Shown here piece by piece: positions 19,326 to 27,831 of a stretch of 64,000 nucleotides of DNA; position 1 is the stretch's first letter, and every line of letters starts with the position of its first letter. The DNA lies in NCBI RefSeq assembly GCF_036495085.1, contig NZ_DASXNL010000008.1, positions 30,015 through 94,014 on the forward strand, written 5' to 3'. The notes beneath the pieces were generated by a model. That model made no database searches, was not told the DNA's origin, and saw nothing but the letters and a program-made list of their open reading frames with translations. Source of the DNA: Phenylobacterium sp. Its GTDB lineage: Bacteria > Pseudomonadota > Alphaproteobacteria > Caulobacterales > Caulobacteraceae. The position numbers and the translations under genes were made by a program.

Positions 19326-19997
19326 TCAACTGGCTTCCCTAAGACGGGCGCCCGCGAGGAAGGGCGCGAGCATGGCGGTCTTGTACCGGACGAAAGATGC
19401 GTTCGAGGCCTCGGCGTGCGGGCCGACCAGCACCGTGGTCATGCCCAGCTCGGCAGCCGGCGCAAGATTGCCTTCCCGATCTTCGAAGAAGGCGGTCGAG
19501 CGAGGGGCGATGTCATGGGCGGCGGCCATTCGCGCGAACGTGGCCGGATGCGGTTTTGGCACATAGTCGGCAGCGCCGATGTCGAAGACATCGTCGAACA
19601 GTTGGTCGAGGCCCAGGCGCTTCAGCACCCGCTCGGCATGGACGTCGTCTGCATTGGTGAAGATCAGGCGGCGTCCCGGCAGGCGGGCGATGGCGGCGAC
19701 CAGATCTGGATCGCGCGAAAGTGCCTCAAGCGACATGTCGTGGAAGATCTTGTGGAAGTCATGAGGGTCGACCCCATGATGCTCGACAAGGCCGCCGAGC
19801 GTCAGGCCATACTCGGCCAGATACTTCTTCTGCAGCTTGTAGGCCTCGTCATGCGGCAGGCCGGTCACGCGCTCGACGTAGTCGGTCATCCGCCGCTCGA
19901 TCTCGCCCATGAAGCCGGATTCGACCGGGTAGAGGGTGTTGTCCAGGTCGAAGAGCCAGGTGTCGACGTGGCGAAGGTCGGCAGGCTGGGCGTTCAT
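19326..19997 (-). CDS. Pyrimidine 5'-nucleotidase (HAD family)
   Basis: [11 protein letters not shown] motif I, FTNA, KP, FFED..GNL. Confidence 0.9.
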   Translation of the reverse strand: MNAQPADLRHVDTWLFDLDNTLYPVESGFMGEIERRMTDYVERVTGLPHDEAYKLQKKYLAEYGLTLGGLVEHHGVDPHDFHKIFHDMSLEALSRDPDLVAAIARLPGRRLIFTNADDVHAERVLKRLGLDQLFDDVFDIGAADYVPKPHPATFARMAAAHDIAPRSTAFFEDREGNLAPAAELGMTTVLVGPHAEASNASFVRYKTAMLAPFLAGARLREAS

Positions 19998-20908
19998 TCG
20001 CAGACGAGCGTGCCCGCCCCGTGCTCGGTGAACAGTTCGACCAAGAGGGCGTGCGGCCGGCGGCCGTCCAGGATGACCACCGCGCCGACGCCGGCTTCCA
20101 CAGCGGCGATGGCGGTCTCCAGCTTGGGGATCATGCCGCCAGTCGCGACACCGTCGGCGATGGCCGCCCGCGCCTCGGCCACCGTCATCTGGCGGATCAG
20201 CTCACCGTTCTTGTCCAGCACGCCCACCACGTCAGTGAGCAGCAGCATTCGCTTGGCGTTGAGCGCGCCGGCCAGCGCGCCCGCCACGGTGTCGGCGTTG
20301 ATGTTGTAGGTCTGGCCATCCTCGGCGACGCCGATCGGGGCGATCACGGGGATGTAATCCTCGTCGGCGTAGATCAGGGCCTCGATCAACTTGGGATCGA
20401 CCCGCTTGGGATCGCCCACGAAGCCGAGGTCGACCATCTTCTCGATCTCGCTGTCGGGGTCTTTCTTGGTTCGGGCGACTTTCTCGACGGTGATCAGCCG
20501 CGCGTCCTTGCCGGAGAGCCCGACGCCACGCACGTCGGCTTCCTTGCCCGCGAGCGTGATCCAGTTGGCGATCTCCTTGTTGATCGCCCCGGAGAGCACC
20601 ATTTCGGCCACTTCCATGGTCGCCTCGTCGGTGACGCGCAGGCCATCGATGAAAGTCGACTTCACGCCGGCGCGCTCAAGCATGGCCGAGATCTGTGGGC
20701 CGCCGCCGTGCACGATGACCGGATGGACGCCCAGCATCTTGAGCAGCACCGCATCGGCGGCGAACAACTTGGCGACCTCTTCCTCGCCCATGGCATGGCC
20801 GCCGTACTTGATGACCACTGTCTCGCGGTCATAGCGCTGGATGTAGGGCAGGGCCTCGGCGAGCGTCTTGGCCGTCGCCCATCCCTCGCCTTGAGTGTCG
20901 TTCGTCAC
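19994..20908 (-). CDS. argB: Acetylglutamate kinase
   Basis: [36 protein letters not shown]. Confidence 0.97.
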   Translation of the reverse strand: MTNDTQGEGWATAKTLAEALPYIQRYDRETVVIKYGGHAMGEEEVAKLFAADAVLLKMLGVHPVIVHGGGPQISAMLERAGVKSTFIDGLRVTDEATMEVAEMVLSGAINKEIANWITLAGKEADVRGVGLSGKDARLITVEKVARTKKDPDSEIEKMVDLGFVGDPKRVDPKLIEALIYADEDYIPVIAPIGVAEDGQTYNINADTVAGALAGALNAKRMLLLTDVVGVLDKNGELIRQMTVAEARAAIADGVATGGMIPKLETAIAAVEAGVGAVVILDGRRPHALLVELFTEHGAGTLVCE

Positions 20909-21018
20909 GGGCGCGCCTGGCTCTTGGAACTTCGGAGCGCTCCGATAGCGGAGAGCGCGGCCCCTGTCACCTTTGCCCGGGCCTTGCTAAGCCTGCTTTC
21001 GAGACGCGGGGGCCGGGG

Positions 21019-21701
21019 ATGAGCACGCGTATTGCGACTGTTGTGACGGCGGCTGCGGCCGCCTGGACCTTGGCGGCGGCCGGCGCCGGGGCCGCGAGCG
21101 TGGCCGTGAGCGCCGACCGGCTGCTGGACGTGGCGAGTGGAAAATATGTCGACAAGCCGCGGGGGGTGATCACCGACGGTCGGATCTCGGCGGTGGAGCA
21201 CCAGGGCGAGGCGGTTCCAGCCGGCGCCGAGCCGGTCGACCTGCCTGGCGTGACGCTGCTGCCCCCCTGATCGACATGCACGTGCACCTGACGTCCTCGC
21301 CACTCTACGCCGGCTACAACCAGCTGCAGTTTACCGACAGTTTCTGGCCGAACATCGGCGCGGCGCACGCCAAGGCGACGCCCGAGGCCGGCTTCACAAC
21401 CGTGCGCAACGTGGGCTCCCAGAACTTCGACGACGTGGGCCTGCGCCAGGCGATCGACGCGGGGTATGTCCCAGGGCCGCGGATCGTGACGGCCACATAC
21501 GCCATCGGCTCGACCGACGGCCACTGCGACTCGACCTTCTTCCCCCCGTCGATGAAGCAGAAGGGCGATGCGGTCATCGACAGCCCCGACGCCGGCCGAC
21601 AGATGGTCCGCCAGCTCCACAAATACGGCGCCCAGGTCATCAAGATCTGCGCCACTGGCCGGCATTGGGTAGCAGACACAACCAAGCCGACGCGCGCGTA
21701 A
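21019..21701 (+). pseudogene. Frameshifted and truncated secreted amidohydrolase (Xaa-Pro dipeptidase-like)
   Basis: Signal peptide and VDLPGVTLLP in one frame; (L)IDMHVHL..AGFTTVRNVG..GPRI..GHCD..IKICATG in another (1-nt loss in CCCCCC at 21262-21267); homology stops at ~21660, C-terminal half absent. Confidence 0.85.
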
Positions 21702-22033
21702 TTTACTGCTCATCCTTCAGCGTTGGGCGGGGGCGGTCGGTCGCCGGCACTGCCCGCCGACCGCGACCGGTTGTGACTGAGGCTGTGTGGAAACGCGCAG
21801 GCTAGGTCGAACGCGGTCTTGCGCTGCACGCCAACAACCCGACATTCCCAAGGTCAGTGCAGGGTGGTTTTCCATCGTTCGGAACGCCGCTTTCGGCGTT
21901 TCTCGGCATCGGCTTTTAGCCGGACAATCCCTTTGTCGCCGCTTCGCATGACCTCGGCTTGACGGCAAAGCTTGAAGAGCGCGCAATGGTTGCGTCCGAT
22001 CCAAATACAGCGCAGGCGGCAGTAGGGGCACCG

Positions 22034-22627
22034 ATGATACGACGAGTGATGACTTGGGGCCCGGTGGTGGGAACGGTCGCGGCAGGGACCCTGCTGATCG
22101 GCGCCGAGCCTGTCACGCCTAGGCCCTTCCCGCCCTTGCCGGTACCGCCCATCCCGCACCAGGCCGTGCCGCCATACCTCGCGCGGATCACAATTTCCGG
22201 CGATGCCAAGATGACCGGCGTGTTCGAGAGTTGCGTGGACCCGGCGGCGATTATCAGGACCGCGCAGGCGCGGGCGAAGGCTCGAGCGGCGGATGCGCCG
22301 TCGCCTGTAGCCGGGTGCAGCCATACGAGCGAGGTGCGGGCGGATGGCTCCGTCCATACCGAGATGAGCTGCGACCGGGCGAAGGGCGCGAACGCCAGCT
22401 TCCGCATGATCAGCGATGGGACGCCGAACGACCTGCGCATGCATTTGGAGCGGTACGAACCCGCGACGGGGGCTCCGAAGACGACCATCTCCGACAGCCA
22501 CATCGTCCGCCTGGGGCCGTGTCCAGCCGACCTTGAGCCAGGCCAGATGCGGCGGCCCGGCGGGTCCATCATCGACAGGGGCGAGGCGGCGCGGCTTCTT
22601 GAGGACGCCCGAGGCACGGCTCCCTAG
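22034..22627 (+). CDS. Secreted hypothetical protein, DUF3617-like
   Basis: N-terminal hydrophobic segment, four spaced Cys, terminal ..RLGPC.. pattern typical of DUF3617; start uncertain (21959/22034). Confidence 0.55.
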   Translation: MIRRVMTWGPVVGTVAAGTLLIGAEPVTPRPFPPLPVPPIPHQAVPPYLARITISGDAKMTGVFESCVDPAAIIRTAQARAKARAADAPSPVAGCSHTSEVRADGSVHTEMSCDRAKGANASFRMISDGTPNDLRMHLERYEPATGAPKTTISDSHIVRLGPCPADLEPGQMRRPGGSIIDRGEAARLLEDARGTAP

Positions 22628-22654
22628 GGAGCGACACCCTGTCCGGCCGCATTG

Positions 22655-22747
22655 GGTCGTCAGCACGCTTTGGCTTCCTGCCCGAAACTTGCCGTTCACG
22701 GGGGTTGGCCGCCGGTTAGCTGAATGTCTCGAATCCGGCGCCATCCC
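22655..22747 (+). repeat. ~93-bp intergenic repeat, copy A
   Basis: Hand alignment gives ~72/93 identity to 25641-25732 (shared GGTCGTCAGCAC, TTGGCTTC..GCC.G.AACTTGCC, AGCTGAATGTC, GAAT.CGGCG.CATCCC). Confidence 0.85.
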
Positions 22748-22773
22748 GGCGGCAGCTCGTGGCGCGTCACGGC

Positions 22774-23286
22774 CTACAGCCGTCCAGCCGCCTTTAGTGA
22801 AGCTTCGATCTCGGGAAGGGACCGAAATAGCAGATACGGATCGGACGGAGAGGACAGGAAGCCGTGCCGTTTCCAGAACTCGATCGCCTCCTCATCGATG
22901 GCCCGCACCAAGACGGCGCGCCCGCCGGTAAGACGAGCACCGAGCACCGCGCGCTCCAGCGCATGGCCGAGGAGAGCTGCGCCGAGACCATGGCCGGCGT
23001 AGGCCAGGTCAATCGCGAGCTGCCCGAGCAGCAGACAGGGTATGGGGTTCGGAGGCTGGCCGGTCCGGATTTTCCTCGGCAGGACTGCGGCCTCGATGGC
23101 GGTCGGCGACAGCCCGTAGTAGCCGACGACCCGCTGCTCATAGTGAACGACGACAACCACGGTGAAGCCGTTCCGTTGGTTCGCCACTGCGCGGCTCTTC
23201 AGCCACGCGTTCAGCGCGGGCTTGCCGCAGTCGAAGCTTGTGAGGTCGTGGTTGGAGGTAAGGACCTCGGGCGCGGAGAACGACAA
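22774..23286 (-). CDS. GNAT acetyltransferase toxin (TacT/AtaT family)
   Basis: FDCGKPALNAWL, VVGYY.L, PIPCLLLGQLAID..YAGHGLG..LL, AIEFWKRHGF. Confidence 0.92.
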   Translation of the reverse strand: MSFSAPEVLTSNHDLTSFDCGKPALNAWLKSRAVANQRNGFTVVVVVHYEQRVVGYYGLSPTAIEAAVLPRKIRTGQPPNPIPCLLLGQLAIDLAYAGHGLGAALLGHALERAVLGARLTGGRAVLVRAIDEEAIEFWKRHGFLSSPSDPYLLFRSLPEIEASLKAAGRL

Positions 23287-23547
23287 CTACTGTTCCCAGG
23301 GCGTCCGGCGCTTCAGTAGCTCCACCATCTCAGGCACGGCCGCTGGTGACGCATCGAGGGCGGCCTTGAACGCTTCGAAATCAGCGGGATCCAATCGGAC
23401 AACCGATTGTTCCAGCAAGACCTCTTCAGCGGCTCGTACGGCGGCCTCGCGCACGAAGTCGGTCCGCGAGCGGCCGCGCAGATCGGCTGCTCGGTCGATG
23501 ATCGCCAGGTCCTGTTCCGGCAGGCGCATGGAAAGTGGCGTGGTCAT
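23287..23547 (-). CDS. DUF1778 RHH antitoxin (TacA/AtaR family)
   Basis: LSMRL....IIDRAADLRGRSRTDFVREAA..AAEEVL..Q..L...DFEAF.AALD. Confidence 0.92.
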   Translation of the reverse strand: MTTPLSMRLPEQDLAIIDRAADLRGRSRTDFVREAAVRAAEEVLLEQSVVRLDPADFEAFKAALDASPAAVPEMVELLKRRTPWEQ

Positions 23548-23569
23548 CGGACTACCTCCAGGGCCCTAA

Positions 23570-23599
23570 ATTAGTTTGATGTAGCGCATTTTGCAATAC
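23570..23599 (-). promoter_or_regulatory. TA promoter with palindromic operator
   Basis: Minus strand TTGCAA-N17-TAATTT; palindrome GTAnnGCA-N3-TGCnnTAC (23581-23599) overlaps -35; RBS GGAGG downstream. Confidence 0.65.
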
Positions 23600-23785
23600 G
23601 GACCGGGGTCCGGGCCATGGCTTCAGCCTGCGCGCCGCTGAAGGACTGTGCGAATGTCGGGTTGCTGCACATGATCCAATTTCCGCTTGTGGCGCTAAGG
23701 AGCTGAGGGCGCGCGGCCTGTCTTGTCTCAAGCTGAGGCGTTGGCCGATGTCGCTGGAGTTTGAGACTCCCTTTATGCCTGCGAT

Positions 23786-24727
23786 TTGGGGCCGCGATCG
23801 ATGCGGATCGCGAGACGACAGCAGGATCAACTCGTGACGGTCAGAACAACGCCGCGTAGAGCATCGCCGGCCAGGCCGATGAAGGTTCGCGATCGGGCTT
23901 TCGATCTGCACAAGACCGGGGTCGAGCGGTTTGACTGGCGCGACCCGTACCACGTGGCCGTGACGATCTCCTGGCCAGTATTCGCCGGACTCGCCTTTGG
24001 CGGTCTGCTCGCGCTCAATGCGGTTTTCGCGGGGCTTTATGTGCTCGAGCCGGGAGCCGTCCAGAACCTGCCGCCAGGCGACCTGGCCCGGGCATTCTTC
24101 TTTTCGCTCGAGACGCTAGCCACCGTGGGCTACGGGGAGATGGCGCCCCAGAGCCTCTATGGACACTCCGTGGCTGGGATCGAGATCGTGGTGGGCATGG
24201 CCTGGGTCGCGATCTTCACGGGCCTGCTGTTTGTCCGATTCTCCCGTGCTCAGTCCAAGATCCTGTTCGCCGACAAGATCGTGGTCGCGCCCCACAACGG
24301 CGCGCCAACGCTCATGGTCCGGATCGCCAACGGCCGCATGACCATGCTCACGCACGCCTCGGCCCGCCTCACAGTCTTGATCCCGGAGATCTCATCGGAA
24401 GGCTATTCGTCGCGGAGCGTTCATGACCTTCGGCTGGTGCGCGACAACATGCCCATCTTCCCGCTGACCTGGACAATGATGCACGTCATCGACGAAACCA
24501 GCCCGCTCCGCGGGCTCGGCCCCGATGAGCTCCGCGCGAAGGATGTGCGTCTATTCCTTACGGTGGAAGCCCGCGACGCCGCCCTCGGTCAAGTCGTGCA
24601 GGACCTCGCCGCCTTCCGGCCACACCAGATCGCGTTTGACCGTCGGTACGCGGACGCCGTTACCGTCGATGAACAGGGGCGCACCGCAGCCGATATTTCG
24701 CTACTGAGCGAGTTGGTCGAACTATAG
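23786..24727 (+). CDS. Inward-rectifier (KirBac-like) K+ channel
   Basis: FFFSLETLATVGYG filter, two TMs, GLLFVRFSR, LMVRIANGR, WTMMHVIDETSPL; start uncertain. Confidence 0.93.
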   Translation: MGPRSMRIARRQQDQLVTVRTTPRRASPARPMKVRDRAFDLHKTGVERFDWRDPYHVAVTISWPVFAGLAFGGLLALNAVFAGLYVLEPGAVQNLPPGDLARAFFFSLETLATVGYGEMAPQSLYGHSVAGIEIVVGMAWVAIFTGLLFVRFSRAQSKILFADKIVVAPHNGAPTLMVRIANGRMTMLTHASARLTVLIPEISSEGYSSRSVHDLRLVRDNMPIFPLTWTMMHVIDETSPLRGLGPDELRAKDVRLFLTVEARDAALGQVVQDLAAFRPHQIAFDRRYADAVTVDEQGRTAADISLLSELVEL

Positions 24728-24836
24728 GCGGACGCCCCCCACGCCGTGAATGTCCGGATGTTGGAGGAGCTGCAAGGTCCGAAACTGGCGCTGAGCTGCC
24801 GTCCGGCCCTCAATAATCAGCGCCACCGGGGCAGGT

Positions 24837-25268
24837 TTAGTCTCGCGTCGCTAGGTTCTTTCCGGTGGGGTGTAAGGCCAGAAACGCCTTGAGGATCTGG
24901 TTGAAGAAACCCGGAGGCACGAAGCCATAGTCATAGCGATCCTTGCGGGCGACTTTCCTGAGATCGTACCCAGGCCACAAAAACTCGTTGCCCTCCGTAA
25001 CGACCACCCAAGAGCGCTGATCGTCCAGCCCCAAGTGACGCTTGACCGGTGCAGGGATCTCGACCGCTCCGCCTGGGATGGTCGGGGCGCTGTGCGTGAT
25101 CGGGAGCACGGTGACGACCGTCGCGCCGTCCGCTTCACGATCTACCGCCAAGACGATCACGCTCGGGCGATCTTTGAGCCCCTCGTCTTGTCCGGCTTGG
25201 TGCTCGCGGCGCCAAAGATAGGCGTAGGCGATGACGAGGCCCGTCTCCGGGGTAGGGATCGTCGCCAT
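24837..25268 (-). CDS. PemK/MazF-like toxin (divergent alphaproteobacterial family)
   Basis: G.VI.YAYLW..E..G.DEG.KDRP.VIV, VTVLPITHS.P, HLGLD..RSWVV..E.N.F.WPG.DL. Confidence 0.7.
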   Translation of the reverse strand: MATIPTPETGLVIAYAYLWRREHQAGQDEGLKDRPSVIVLAVDREADGATVVTVLPITHSAPTIPGGAVEIPAPVKRHLGLDDQRSWVVVTEGNEFLWPGYDLRKVARKDRYDYGFVPPGFFNQILKAFLALHPTGKNLATRD

Positions 25269-25277
25269 GCGGCGGGA

Positions 25278-25550
25278 CTATTTCGGGTCGAGTAGGGCGT
25301 CGAGATGCGCGTGGCGGGGGTCCATACGCGATCCAGCAATCGCTCTTACCTTTTCGTCCGATAGCTCAGCGGTCGCGAAGCTTTGGCGCTGCTCTCTGAA
25401 GCGCCTAAATTCCTCGTAGTCATCCGGTCCAATAAAGTAGCCCGTGACCTGGCCATGGCTCGACACGGCTACGACCTCTCGCTGAGCCTGCATCCGATAG
25501 CGACCAAAATTTCGGGTGAACTCTGAGGCGGGTACTACTGTTGCTGCCAT
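25278..25550 (-). CDS. Phd/YefM-type antitoxin
   Basis: VPASEFTRNFGRY..AQREVVAVSSHG..TGYF..PDDYE Phd-like N-terminus; directly upstream of toxin. Confidence 0.8.
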   Translation of the reverse strand: MAATVVPASEFTRNFGRYRMQAQREVVAVSSHGQVTGYFIGPDDYEEFRRFREQRQSFATAELSDEKVRAIAGSRMDPRHAHLDALLDPK

Positions 25551-25581
25551 CGGGACACTTTCCTCTCGCGCCTCTTAATAT

Positions 25582-25612
25582 GCGTCAATTACGCGATTTA
25601 CGCAAGTTACGC
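25582..25612 (-). promoter_or_regulatory. Probable TA operator: 3 x TTACGC at 9-bp period plus one inverted half-site
   Basis: TTACGC at 25589, 25598 and 25607; GCGTCA at 25582. Confidence 0.6.
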
Positions 25613-25640
25613 GGGTATGCGTTGATGGAAGAACTATACC

Positions 25641-25732
25641 GGTCGTCAGCACAAATTGGCTTCTCGCCGGGAACTTGCCATCGACGGCGCGAGCCGCCCG
25701 GCAGCTGAATGTCTTGAATTCGGCGGCATCCC
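25641..25732 (+). repeat. ~92-bp intergenic repeat, copy B
   Basis: Direct repeat of 22655-22747. Confidence 0.85.
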
Positions 25733-25749
25733 AATGGCCGCTCATGGCG

Positions 25750-25969
25750 GATTGTGTTGAAAAACTCCATTTTTGGCGACCGCCCCCGAAATTCCGGGCC
25801 TCTGGCGGGACGTTTGAAATCGGACGCGGGGGACACCGTGCGAAATGACGCTGAACCCCTCAGTGCTCATCCCAGTTCGAGCACGGCGGCATCAATTGCT
25901 GATTTGGCGTCGCAAGCTCATTCAGGCCAATTTTTGAAGCCCCCGATTTCGGGGTTTATCAGCACAATC
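25750..25969. mobile_element. 220-bp MITE (non-autonomous, IS1182-like ends)
   Basis: TIRs GATTGTGTTGAAAAACTCC / GGGGTTTATCAGCACAATC (16/19 complementary), flanked by GGCG direct repeats (25746-25749, 25970-25973); no credible ORF. Confidence 0.8.
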
Positions 25970-26027
25970 GGCGCAGAGCGCTCATTGCGCGGTTGGCAAC
26001 CATGACAGGATCGACCGCGCTTGACCG

Positions 26028-27734
26028 TTACTGCCAGTCCAACAAGCGCCGGCGCCTGTCGGCCTTCAAAGTGGCCAAGGCCTTGTCGTAGGCGTTGAGT
26101 TTCGCAGAATTGGCCTCCTGGCGGGCAAACACCTTGTCGCCAAACTCCATCACCTGGCGGGCCTTCGGGTCATAGGTTGGCCACGTCGCAAGCCCCGGCC
26201 CGTTAGGGTCACCGGTCTTGACGAACCGCACCCAGGCCCCGCTCATCGCGGCCCCGAGGGCTTGGTCCGTGGCGTCTAACCCACTGATTTTCATGGATGG
26301 GTGTGCGAAGTTGTCGAGCGCGTAGACCATCTCGCTGGAATGGAAGCTACCGGCGATGGGGGGCAACCCGAAGACCTTCCAGGTGGCCCGGGTGAATTCA
26401 TAGCGCCAGACCGGCTGGTGGTGGACAGACATCGCGCGGGCGGCCGATCGCGCGCTGGCGACGAGGAGCCAATCGGTCACATACCGGATCGCGGCTGGCT
26501 GCACCTCGGCGTCCTTGGTCGCCGGATATAGCGACAGCAGAGTGTCGGAAACGGCGGGATAGCGGCGCTGTGCGAAAACGCGCCAGTCCTCGACCGTCTT
26601 GATCGGCATGCCAAATGAGAAGACCGAGCCATCGTCGGCGGTCGTGCCGACGAGCAGCGGAACCCGCGCCACCTTCCCCGCGTCGAACAGCGTCATCGGC
26701 TCGTCGGGCAGAACGTGACCATCGACGATCGGCCAGAATTCGATGCCCCGGTCAGAGAACTGCAGATCGGTCCGGACCTGAGCCTTCGCCAGCAATTCAG
26801 CCGCCGACAAGTGGCGCAGGGCCTCGATATCGGCGCCCACCGAAAGTCCTTCAGCCTCGGCCGACCGTAGACCATAGGCCGGCTCGCGCAGGTGCTGCTG
26901 CGGATACCAGACATAGCCAGGGCTTTCGCTGATCCCAGACCGGAACAGCCCTTTCGCCAGCGGCGAGGCCATCAGGTAGAGCACGGACACTCCGCCGGCG
27001 GAACAGCCCATGATCGTCACCTTCTTCGGATCGCCGCCGAAGGACGCGATATTCGCCTGAACCCATTTCAGGGCGGCGATCTGGTCGAGCAGACCGTAGG
27101 CGCCCGACGTGCCGGAAGGATCCTCCTTCGACAGCGCCGGATGCGCCATGAAGCCAAACACTCCGAGTCTGTAGTTGAAGCTCACGACGACGACGCCGCG
27201 TCTGGCCATCGCCGCCCCGTCTTCGGCGGGGAATGCGCTGCTGCCGCCGAAGAAACCGCCCCCGGGGATGTCCACCATGACGGGAAGCCTCTCGCCCGCC
27301 CTGTGTGGCGGCGACCAGACATTCACCGTCAGGCAGTCCTCGCTGACGTGGGTGAGGTCGGTTGGCGGCCCCGGCGCGGGGCCCTGCATGCAGGGCGAGC
27401 CGAACGCCTCGGCCTTCAGGACGCCCTTCCAGCCGGCCGCCGGCTGCGGCGGGCGCCAGCGCAGCCGTCCGACCGGCGGCGCGGCGAACGGGATGCCCTT
27501 GAAGGTCGCGACCCCGTCGACGTCCAGCCCCGAGACCTCGCCTGAGCGGGTCACGACGATCGGCGACCGGGCCTCGGCCGGCAGCGCGGCCGCCACGGAC
27601 GCCAGAACGAAACCGCAGATGCTGGCGACGGCGCCCAGTCGCCCGAGCGGCGACCGGGTCACGGCCCTGTGATATGACTCGGACGAACCGCGGGGCGAGG
27701 GGTTTGGGGCTAGTGCTTGCGAAGATATCGGCAT
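26028..27734 (-). CDS. Secreted type-B carboxylesterase/lipase (pNB-esterase-like)
   Basis: FKGIPFAAPPVG.LRW, SEDCLTVNVW, GGGF.GGS, NYRLG.FGF, DQIAALKWV..NI..FGGDP, GCSAGG nucleophile elbow; start uncertain (27734 or GTG 27662). Confidence 0.92.
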   Translation of the reverse strand: MPISSQALAPNPSPRGSSESYHRAVTRSPLGRLGAVASICGFVLASVAAALPAEARSPIVVTRSGEVSGLDVDGVATFKGIPFAAPPVGRLRWRPPQPAAGWKGVLKAEAFGSPCMQGPAPGPPTDLTHVSEDCLTVNVWSPPHRAGERLPVMVDIPGGGFFGGSSAFPAEDGAAMARRGVVVVSFNYRLGVFGFMAHPALSKEDPSGTSGAYGLLDQIAALKWVQANIASFGGDPKKVTIMGCSAGGVSVLYLMASPLAKGLFRSGISESPGYVWYPQQHLREPAYGLRSAEAEGLSVGADIEALRHLSAAELLAKAQVRTDLQFSDRGIEFWPIVDGHVLPDEPMTLFDAGKVARVPLLVGTTADDGSVFSFGMPIKTVEDWRVFAQRRYPAVSDTLLSLYPATKDAEVQPAAIRYVTDWLLVASARSAARAMSVHHQPVWRYEFTRATWKVFGLPPIAGSFHSSEMVYALDNFAHPSMKISGLDATDQALGAAMSGAWVRFVKTGDPNGPGLATWPTYDPKARQVMEFGDKVFARQEANSAKLNAYDKALATLKADRRRRLLDWQ

Positions 27735-27831
27735 GGGTTGGCTCCGCCTTGAGGGTGGAAGGACTCGCCGGCCACAAAAGCCCGGCCGCGCCGCACCGTC
27801 GCGGACGGCGCGATGACCGATCGCCGACCTA

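Noticed and set aside
21781-21796. GGCTGTGTGGAAACGC as the left end of a second IS1182-like MITE
   Set aside because: Only a 7-bp partial partner (GCGTTTC, 21896) was found and no target duplication; at most a decayed remnant
25589-25612. TTACGC repeats as a mini-CRISPR or iterons
   Set aside because: The units are 6 bp with 3-bp spacers, with no cas or rep gene; the position fits a TA operator
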